Source: Candidatus Aenigmatarchaeota archaeon (lineage in GTDB: Archaea; Aenigmatarchaeota; Aenigmatarchaeia; CG10238-14; SCSR01). Taken from it: a stretch of DNA of 64,000 nt. The notes under the pieces are model-generated. The model saw nothing but the letters and a program-made list of their open reading frames with translations. It did no database searches and was not told the origin of the DNA. The position numbers were made by a program, and so were the translations under genes. The DNA lies in contig JAWBWS010000002.1 of assembly GCA_038999725.1 (NCBI GenBank), positions 64,001 through 128,000 of the forward strand, in the 5' to 3' direction. Positions within the stretch are counted from its first letter, which is position 1. Each line of letters starts with the position of its first letter. This document shows, piece after piece, positions 56,631-64,000 of the stretch.

Positions 56631-58283
56631 ATGCCAACCATAGAAGCTTCTTATCAAGACTTGTGTGAGTTGATTGGAAAAAAAGTTGAAATAGAAGAGT
56701 TAAAAAAACTTGTGAATTTTGCAAAATGTGAAATCGTTGGAATTGAGGGTGATATCCTAAAAATTGAAGCAAAAGACACAAACAGGCCAGATCTTTGGAG
56801 TACAGAGGGAATAGCAAGAGAGATAAAAAACAGGATATTTAAACCAAGTTTCCCTGAATATAAGGTTGAAGAATCGGATGTTGTTGTATATGTTGATAAA
56901 AAAGTTTTGAGAGTTAGACCCTATACTGTTTGTGCTGTTGTGAAGAATTTGAAGATAAATCAAGCTTTTCTATCTCAAATGATCCAACTCCAGGAGAAGA
57001 TTGGAGGAAGTTTGGGAAGAAATAGGAAAGAAGTTGCAATTGGTGTTTATGATTATGATAAAATTAAGCCACCAATAAAGTTCACTACAGTAAAACCTGA
57101 TGAAATTAAATTTATTCCACTTGACTTTAAAGAAGCTTTAACACCAAGAGAGATTCTAGAAAAACATCCAAAAGGTAAAGAATTTGGACATTTGCTTGCA
57201 GGAAAGAAAGAGTATCCAATTTTTATTGACGCAAGAAATGAAGTTTTGTCTTTACCACCAATAATAAACTCAGAGTACAGTGGGAAGGTTACCGAGAAAA
57301 CGAGAAATATTTTCATTGAATGCAGTGGCTTCAACTTAAAGTTTTTGATGCCTGCTTTAAATGTTATCGTAACAGCTATGGCTAGTAGGGGTGGGGAAAT
57401 TTATTCTGTTAAAGTTGTTTATCCTGACAAAACTATAACAACACCAGATTTAAAACCGAAGAAAACTTTTGTTGATGTAAACTATATTAGAAAAATTTCT
57501 GGCCTTAAGTTGAGTGCAGAAGAGATTTACAAGCTTCTCGAGAAAGCCGGTTTTAAAATACTGAGAAAAGGTAAAAAAATTGAATTGCTTTATCCTGCTT
57601 ACCGAAATGATATAATGCATCAGAGAGATGTTGTTGAGGATGTGATAATTTCTTATGGTTATGATAACATCGAACCAGAAGCTTTGAAAATAAAAACTAA
57701 AGGGAAAATCAGTGAAATTGAATTGAAAACAGAAAAAGTTGCTGAACTCATGGTGAAGCTGGGCTTTCAAGAGATTTTATCTTACACTTTAACAAGCAAA
57801 GAAAACTTGTTCAAGAAGATGAATTTGAAAGAGGAAAAAGTTGCTGAAATAGAAAACATAATTTCTGAAAATTGGTATGTTTTTCGCAATTGGCTCTTAC
57901 CAAGTTTGATGGACTTCTTTTCCAACAATCAACATGTCAAATATCCACAAAAAATATTCGAAATTGGAGATGTTGTTTTAATTGACAAAAAAGAAGAAAC
58001 AAAAACAAGAGATGTGAGGAGACTTGCTGCTGCTATTTCTGACTCTAAAGCTAGCTATGAAGATATTGCTTCTGTTCTTGACGCCTTCATGTCTTTGATT
58101 GGAGTGAAATATAAATTGGAAAAAGAAAAGCATCCAAGTTTTATTGAAGGAAGAACCGCAAAAATTTTAGTGAGAGGTAAAAAAGTTGGTATAATTGGGG
58201 AAATTCATCCTTCTGTCCTTGAGAATTGGAAGATGGAAATGCCTGTAGCTGCTTTTGAAATTGATTTGAATTTTGAGTTTTGA
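56631..58283 (+). CDS. pheT: phenylalanyl-tRNA synthetase beta subunit
   Basis: NRPDLWS, SLPPIINS, YRNDIMH, GEIHP. Confidence 0.97.
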   Translation: MPTIEASYQDLCELIGKKVEIEELKKLVNFAKCEIVGIEGDILKIEAKDTNRPDLWSTEGIAREIKNRIFKPSFPEYKVEESDVVVYVDKKVLRVRPYTVCAVVKNLKINQAFLSQMIQLQEKIGGSLGRNRKEVAIGVYDYDKIKPPIKFTTVKPDEIKFIPLDFKEALTPREILEKHPKGKEFGHLLAGKKEYPIFIDARNEVLSLPPIINSEYSGKVTEKTRNIFIECSGFNLKFLMPALNVIVTAMASRGGEIYSVKVVYPDKTITTPDLKPKKTFVDVNYIRKISGLKLSAEEIYKLLEKAGFKILRKGKKIELLYPAYRNDIMHQRDVVEDVIISYGYDNIEPEALKIKTKGKISEIELKTEKVAELMVKLGFQEILSYTLTSKENLFKKMNLKEEKVAEIENIISENWYVFRNWLLPSLMDFFSNNQHVKYPQKIFEIGDVVLIDKKEETKTRDVRRLAAAISDSKASYEDIASVLDAFMSLIGVKYKLEKEKHPSFIEGRTAKILVRGKKVGIIGEIHPSVLENWKMEMPVAAFEIDLNFEF

Positions 58284-58325
58284 GTTTTTTTATTCCAACA
58301 CAATAAAAACATCTTATGTTTTATT

Positions 58326-59099
58326 CTATCTCGTCATCCAATTCACAAGCCTTTCTATAATGGTGAAGTGGAATCTGGGCTTTTCCAAGAAAGGTCTTCC
58401 AGTCAACAGGCAAGCAAGCCTCTTGAACTCTATTGAAGCTGGTGAATGGGGTGAATAATTGACAACAGGCATTTTTGCAAAAATTGCTTTTGCCACATTG
58501 TTGTCTTCCGGAATTTGAACTAAGACCGGATAGCCTGTCATCTCCTCGATCTCAGTTTTTGTAAGCTCGTAATCTTTTCTTCTAACCCTATTTACAACCA
58601 CACCAATTATCTTCTTCTCCAATCTCTCAGCCAATCTTATGGTCTTCAGAGCATCGGCAACAGAAGGTAAGTTTGGGTTTGTGATCACAAGAACCTCCTC
58701 TGTCGCTTGCAAGGCTGAGGTTGACTCCCTTCCCAAACCTGCTGCTGAATCCAAGAGGATGAAATTGATCTTTCCGGTCAAATTCAGAACAACCTCATAA
58801 AGCTTAGTGGGATCAATTCCGGTCAAATCATCAACACTCATGCTTGCTGGTATCACTTTAAACCCAAATGGATGGGGATAAATCGCATCTTTAAGCTTCG
58901 ATTCTCCTTTCAAAACATCATGCAAAGTTATCGGAGCAAAGTGCATGCCCAAGTGTAAGCCCAAATTGGGTGTTGTCAGATTTGCATCAATCGCAACTAC
59001 ATCCTCTCCAAGCAAGCATAAGGCAGAAGCTAAGTTTGATGTTAGAGTAGTCTTTCCCACCCCACCCTTTCCTGATGTTATCAGTATTGTTCTTGTCAT
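58326..59099 (-). CDS. minD: MinD-family ATPase
   Basis: SGKGGVGKTT, DANL, DSAAG. Confidence 0.9.
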   Translation of the reverse strand: MTRTILITSGKGGVGKTTLTSNLASALCLLGEDVVAIDANLTTPNLGLHLGMHFAPITLHDVLKGESKLKDAIYPHPFGFKVIPASMSVDDLTGIDPTKLYEVVLNLTGKINFILLDSAAGLGRESTSALQATEEVLVITNPNLPSVADALKTIRLAERLEKKIIGVVVNRVRRKDYELTKTEIEEMTGYPVLVQIPEDNNVAKAIFAKMPVVNYSPHSPASIEFKRLACLLTGRPFLEKPRFHFTIIERLVNWMTR

Positions 59100-59202
59100 T
59101 CAATCAAACCTTATTTTATTTTTTATAGTTTAAAAGTTTATTGCTAAAGTTTTTGGCTTAAGAATTAAGACAAAAACTATGATGAAGATTATTTTTGTTT
59201 AA

Positions 59203-59436
59203 CTAAGGTTTTTCTTCTGGTTTATCAATGCTCTTGAAAATCATCTTGTCAAAGTTGAAAGGTTTTTTAATCTCTTGCTTCACCCTTTCAATCCAACCTT
59301 CTAGAATTATCACCGCTTCGCTAAGAGGAAATCTTTCTCCTTTTGTCTTCAGCTCAACCTGCATTTGCTTTGTCTTTTTATTTATCCTTCTCAAGATGTA
59401 AATTCCAAATCTTTGCTCTTCTATATCTTCCGGCAT
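59203..59436 (-). CDS. hypothetical protein
   Basis: 77-aa ORF with typical composition starting MPEDIEEQ. Confidence 0.6.
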   Translation of the reverse strand: MPEDIEEQRFGIYILRRINKKTKQMQVELKTKGERFPLSEAVIILEGWIERVKQEIKKPFNFDKMIFKSIDKPEEKP

Positions 59437-59810
59437 ACTAATATCTAGTGATTGCAAACTCAAAAAGATTAAATTGGGAAACATTCAGGTAGTTATCGAA
59501 GGTTTGAGGAGATGAAATTTTTGAATTAGTAATTGAGAGAGCAACCTTTCCATTTCTTTCAATCCTTAATAATTCGGTTCTTACCGAACAAAATCTACTA
59601 TCTATAGTATCGAATTGAGCAGTAGTGGAACGTCTTCGTTGCGACAAACTTTCAACCTTGAAAGTTTGTCAGAAAAAGAGTCTTCTCCATAAATTGGTAC
59701 AAGGTGTCTCCTTGGTGATTATTTCTACAATAATTTCAATTATAGTCGCTCTTGTGCTACTCATCTCTTTCCTGTATTATTTCCCCACGCACCACCAATT
59801 CTTCTCACAG

Positions 59811-60197
59811 CTAACCTCTTTCGCAGCTAACCTCTTTAAAGGAACCAATATAACATCCGCTGAGTTCGGCAGAATATATGTGTCCTTCTATGTTTTTCTT
59901 TATATCACTAAGGTTAAGTTCATAACAAGAATTTTTTCTAACCCAACTCCAATTTTTTGAACAAACAGAGAATGAATAATTAAATTGCCGTGTTGATATA
60001 TCAGTCAAAATCAGTTCCCCTCCATAATATCCTGAAGACTCAGAAAAAGAACCCCCCTTTACCTCAATTAATTGAGCTGTAATAACTTCTGGTTTTTCTG
60101 GTTTTACATAAGGATTAATAACAATTGCTAAAATTGTAATGGCAAGTATAAATGTGAAATACAATTTTTTTGTATCTCCAAACGCCCCTTTACTCAT
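59811..60197 (-). CDS. membrane-anchored hypothetical protein
   Basis: N-terminal TM, four Cys; 16-bp tandem duplication at the 3' end. Confidence 0.65.
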   Translation of the reverse strand: MSKGAFGDTKKLYFTFILAITILAIVINPYVKPEKPEVITAQLIEVKGGSFSESSGYYGGELILTDISTRQFNYSFSVCSKNWSWVRKNSCYELNLSDIKKNIEGHIYSAELSGCYIGSFKEVSCERG

Positions 60198-60412
60198 TTA
60201 AATTTAATTATAATTCCAAAATTTAAATATCCTAAGCTATTGGGAGTTTCATGAACACAAAATAAAGAAAAATATGGGATGTCATAATAACTTAGGTAAA
60301 GGTGTGAAACCTATAGAATTTTAAACCATAACCAAGCTTTTAAATCTTCATAAGTTATTCGACATTCATTAAAAACATATGAACACTGGCTTGAGTTTTA
60401 CAATCTTTTAAA

Positions 60413-60522
60413 TGCCCTCGGCGGGATTCGAACCCGCGACCTTCGCCTTTCTTTCATCTTTCAATCAAACCTTCTAGCATTGCTAGAAGGGCGCTGCTCT
60501 GTCCAAACTGAGCTACGAGGGC
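60413..60522 (-). tRNA. tRNA-Arg(TCT) with 35-nt intron at 37/38 (60449-60483)
   Basis: GCCCTCG/CGAGGGC-A; D-loop GGA (A20, the Arg identity element); GCGCC-CTTCTA[intron]A-GGCGA; GCGGG-TTCGAAT-CCCGC. Confidence 0.85.
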
Positions 60523-60598
60523 TCAATACTTTTTCTTTTATTCTAAAACAAATAAATTTTTACATAACTTAAACAAAATTGTTTAAGTAGGTGAGCGA

Positions 60599-62434
60599 AT
60601 GAGTGAAGTTCTATCACAAGCTAAAAAAGCTTTCCTGTTGGGGAATGAAGCCATAGCAAGAGGTGCTCTGGAAGCTGGTGTTGCTGTAGCTACAACTTAT
60701 CCTGGAACTCCTGCTTCAGAAATTGGTGATACCTTTGCTGAAGTAGCTAAGCAAGCAGGAATTTATTTTGAGTACAGCACGAATGAAAAAGTTGCTGTTG
60801 AAGTTGCGGCTGGTGCTTCTCTTTCTGGCTTAAGATCAATAGTCTCTTTTAAAAGTTTTGGTATAAATGTTGCTTCTGACTCAATTTTCCCTTTAGCTTA
60901 TACAGGAGTTAAAGCTGGTATGCTAATAGTTGTTGCAGATGACCCAAACTGCTGGAGTTCTGCTCAATCAGAGCAAGATAGTAGACTTTTTGCAAGAATT
61001 GCCCATTTACCAATGTTAGAACCTTCTGACCCTCAAGAAGCAAAAGACTTAACAAAACTTGCTTTTGAAATTTCAGAGAAATTTGGAATTCCCGTGATTT
61101 TGAGAACAACTACAAGAGTTAGCCACATGAGAAGTTTAGTTAAGCTTGGAGAGATTAAAAAAGTTGGGAAAAAAGTTGGATTTGTTAAAGACATCGCTTT
61201 CAAAAACTATCCACCTCAAGTTATTAAAACTCATGCCAGCTTACATGAAAAACTTGAAAAAATTGAAAAATTCAACGAAAAGAGCAAGATAAATTTAATA
61301 TTGAACAAAAATTTTAAAAGTAAAATTGGGGTAATAACTTCTGGGATTTCTTTCAATTACTTGATTGAAAGTTTGGAAGAACTTAACTTGAAAATTCCTG
61401 TTTTGAAAATAAGCATGACTTATCCCCTGCCTCAAAAGCTTGTAACAAACTTCATCAAGAATTTGAAGGAAATTCTCGTTGTTGAAGAGCTCGAACCAAT
61501 TCTTGAAGAAGAGGTTAAAAAAATAGCTAAAGAGGCAAACCCTAAACTCAAAGTTCATGGCAAAGACTTGCTTCCTTTTTCTGGTGAATTTAAACCAGAA
61601 ATTGTGATTCAAGCTTTGGCCAAGCTTGCTAAGAAAAAAATTCCAAAAGAAATGGAAAGCAAATTTGAAATTGAAAAGATAGAAAAAAGATTTCCTCAGC
61701 TTTGTCCTGGCTGTCCTCATAGAGCAAGCTTTTGGGCAATCAAACAAGCTGTAGGCCCTGATAAAGTTTTTGCTGGGGATATAGGTTGCTACATGCTTGG
61801 AGTTTTTCCTCCAATAAGCCAACAAGATTTCTTTCTTTCAATGGGAGCTAGCATGAGTGTTTCTCAAGGAATAGAAAGAGCAACAAAACAAAAACCTGTT
61901 GTTTTTATTGGTGACTCAACTTTCTTCCATGCAGGAATTCCAGGTTTAATAAACGCCATCCACAATAAAAGCAATTTGCTTGTTATTGTTTTAGACAATA
62001 GGACAACTGCAATGACAGGACATCAACCCCATCCTGGAGTTGCTTTGACTGGAATGGGAGAAGAAACTAAAGCTTTGGCAATAGAGGGAATAGCTAAAGC
62101 TTGTGGTGTGGAGAATGTTAGAGTTGTGAATGCCTTCAATATTGATGAATTCATTCAAGTTGCAAAAGAGTTTTATTCTTTGCAAGGGGTGAGTGTAATA
62201 GTTGCAAGGGGTGAGTGTAGATTGCAAACTGTAAGAAGTATGGCAAGGAGAGGAATAAAAATTCCAAAGTTTGAATTTAAAGATCAACCTGATGAAGAAA
62301 GCATAAGCAAACTTAAAGATTTTGGATGCCCTGCAATAAGAAAGGGAAATGAAAAATTCTACATAGATCAAAATCTTTGTTGGGGTTGTGGTGTTTGTGC
62401 TCAAATATTTAGAGGAATTAAACCAAAGGTGTGA
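60599..62434 (+). CDS. iorA: indolepyruvate:ferredoxin oxidoreductase alpha subunit
   Basis: LLGNEAIARG, YPGTP, NEKVA, CPGCPHR, GDSTFFH, AMTGHQ. Confidence 0.95.
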   Translation: MSEVLSQAKKAFLLGNEAIARGALEAGVAVATTYPGTPASEIGDTFAEVAKQAGIYFEYSTNEKVAVEVAAGASLSGLRSIVSFKSFGINVASDSIFPLAYTGVKAGMLIVVADDPNCWSSAQSEQDSRLFARIAHLPMLEPSDPQEAKDLTKLAFEISEKFGIPVILRTTTRVSHMRSLVKLGEIKKVGKKVGFVKDIAFKNYPPQVIKTHASLHEKLEKIEKFNEKSKINLILNKNFKSKIGVITSGISFNYLIESLEELNLKIPVLKISMTYPLPQKLVTNFIKNLKEILVVEELEPILEEEVKKIAKEANPKLKVHGKDLLPFSGEFKPEIVIQALAKLAKKKIPKEMESKFEIEKIEKRFPQLCPGCPHRASFWAIKQAVGPDKVFAGDIGCYMLGVFPPISQQDFFLSMGASMSVSQGIERATKQKPVVFIGDSTFFHAGIPGLINAIHNKSNLLVIVLDNRTTAMTGHQPHPGVALTGMGEETKALAIEGIAKACGVENVRVVNAFNIDEFIQVAKEFYSLQGVSVIVARGECRLQTVRSMARRGIKIPKFEFKDQPDEESISKLKDFGCPAIRKGNEKFYIDQNLCWGCGVCAQIFRGIKPKV

Positions 62435-62437
62435 AAG

Positions 62438-63010
62438 ATGAGGTTTAATTTGGTTGTTGTTGGGTATGGTGGTCAGGGAGTTTTAAGCTTAGCTGAAATC
62501 ATAAGCAGAGGGGCAATTGAAGAAGGTTATGAGGTAAGAGCTGTTGAAATTCATGGTCTTTCCCAAAGAGGTGGAATGTTGCAATGTCATGTAAGGTTTG
62601 GTGAAAGAATTTTCTCACCACTTGTTAGAAAAGCTGGGGCAAATTTGATCATAGCTTTAGATGTTTTAGAAGCTCTCAGAGCCTGTTATTATGCCAATAA
62701 GGAAACAATTGTGCTCACTGATACAAAACTTTTAACTCCAAGACCAATTCCTGAAAGACCTTTAAAGGCAAAAGATATTTTGAAGGAAATAAAGAAATTT
62801 GCAAAAGTTGAAGCTGTCGGTGCCAGTGAGATTGTTGAAAAATTGACAGGAGAAGCTACCATGAGTAATATTTTCATGTTGGGATATAGTATAAAGAAAA
62901 AGCTTTTACCAATAAAAAAGGAGAACGCTTGGAAAGCTGTCTCCCAAAGGATTAGACCACAATTCTTAGAAGCTAACAAGAAAATTTTTGAGGAAGCTTT
63001 CAAGCTGTAA
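62438..63010 (+). CDS. iorB: indolepyruvate:ferredoxin oxidoreductase beta subunit
   Basis: GYGGQG, EIHGLSQRGG. Confidence 0.93.
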   Translation: MRFNLVVVGYGGQGVLSLAEIISRGAIEEGYEVRAVEIHGLSQRGGMLQCHVRFGERIFSPLVRKAGANLIIALDVLEALRACYYANKETIVLTDTKLLTPRPIPERPLKAKDILKEIKKFAKVEAVGASEIVEKLTGEATMSNIFMLGYSIKKKLLPIKKENAWKAVSQRIRPQFLEANKKIFEEAFKL

Positions 63011-63057
63011 GATTTTTACTATGACAAAAGCAATTAAAAAATATGGTTTTTGGTTTT

Positions 63058-64000
63058 ATGGATTCATGGGTTGTTAAAAAAGGCGAGCTCTATTGGCCTT
63101 CTGATAAGATGAAAAAACATGCATGGATCTCTGATAAGAGAATTTATGAAGATGCGTATAAAGATCCTGTAAAGTTTTGGGAAAGTTTAGCAGAGCAACT
63201 CTTTTGGTTCAAGAAATGGGAGAAAGCTTTTGTACATCAGCCACCCTATTTTAAATGGTTTTGTGATGGAAAAATAAACATAACTTCTAATATTTTTGAA
63301 AAAAACCCGAACTGGGGAAAAATTAAAAATAAACCTGCTATAATTTGGGAACCAGAACCAATTGAAGAAAACCCAAGAATTCTCACCTACGGAGAGCTTT
63401 TCAAGCAAGTGAATAAAACAGCAAATGCTTTGAAGAAATTAGGGGTGAAAAAGGGAGATGTAGTTGGAATTTACTTACCAATGATTCCCGAAGCAATAGT
63501 TTCGATGTTGGCTTGCGCCAGGATTGGTGCCGTTCATACTGTAGTTTTTTCAGCATTTTCTCCTGAAGCTTTGAGAGTTAGGCTTCAAATGACAGAAGCA
63601 AGATTCCTGATAACTGCTGATGGATACTACAGAAGAGGAAAAATCATAAATTTGAAAGAAAATGCTGATGAAGGTGTAAAAGAAACAAATGTGGAAAAGG
63701 TTGTAGTGGTTAAAAGAATTGGAAATCAAGTTGCTTGGAATCCTGAAAGAGATTTTTGGTGGCATGAACTTATAGAAAAAGAGAGTGAAGAGTGTGAAGC
63801 CGAGATTATGGACTCAGAAGACCTTTTATTCATATTGTATACTTCAGGCTCGACAGGTAAACCAAAAGGTTGTTGTCATGTTTGTGGCGGCTATACTGTT
63901 CAAGCTTATTGGACTGGAAAGTGGATTTTTGACTTCCATGAAAATGATTTACTTTGGTGCACTTCTGATTTAGGTTGGATTACAGGACACACATATGTAT
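63058..64000 (+). CDS. acs: AMP-forming acetyl-CoA synthetase (5' part, runs off window)
   Basis: Translated by hand: YLPMIPE, LACARIGAVHTVVFSAFS, FILYTSGSTGKPKG, WCTSDLGWITGH. Confidence 0.93.
   Translation, partial: MDSWVVKKGELYWPSDKMKKHAWISDKRIYEDAYKDPVKFWESLAEQLFWFKKWEKAFVHQPPYFKWFCDGKINITSNIFEKNPNWGKIKNKPAIIWEPEPIEENPRILTYGELFKQVNKTANALKKLGVKKGDVVGIYLPMIPEAIVSMLACARIGAVHTVVFSAFSPEALRVRLQMTEARFLITADGYYRRGKIINLKENADEGVKETNVEKVVVVKRIGNQVAWNPERDFWWHELIEKESEECEAEIMDSEDLLFILYTSGSTGKPKGCCHVCGGYTVQAYWTGKWIFDFHENDLLWCTSDLGWITGHTYV

Noticed and set aside
353..63973. Numerous F/S/L/I-rich ORFs antisense to real genes (e.g. 48219-48965, 9315-9938)
   Set aside because: These are shadow frames of Lys/Glu-rich genes with no motifs of their own.
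1..64000. CRISPR array, transposase/integrase, rRNA, reverse transcriptase
   Set aside because: No regularly spaced repeats, recombinase or RT motifs, or long GC-rich RNA genes were seen.

Overview
Low-GC archaeal DNA, probably DPANN (Aenigmatarchaeota-like; the taxon is inferred, not proven). 1-36.6 kb is an accessory cell-envelope or tailoring island. It holds 15 complete paralogous radical SAM enzymes with a C-terminal SPASM/Twitch-type domain and probably the tail of a 16th at the window edge. It also holds a Tes-like and a B12-dependent radical SAM, an sxtK/J/I/L-like carbamoyltransferase module, GT4 and GT-C glycosyltransferases, TIM-barrel glycosidase-like proteins, an aldo-keto reductase, a UbiA protein and a methyltransferase. 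36.6-64 kb is housekeeping: ribosomal proteins, RNase P, proteasome-exosome operon, aIF2g, RNAP subunits, Gly/Trp/Phe-tRNA synthetases, FEN1, MinD, IorAB and Acs. Two signals stand out. (1) A 31-nt bulge-helix-bulge (tRNA-type) intron interrupts the proteasome alpha-subunit coding sequence, and all three tRNAs in the window also carry introns (one carries two). (2) The radical SAM mega-array itself. Other observations are putative ATT start codons, an aIF2g with altered G1/G4 motifs, and two conserved archaeal operons with swapped tails.
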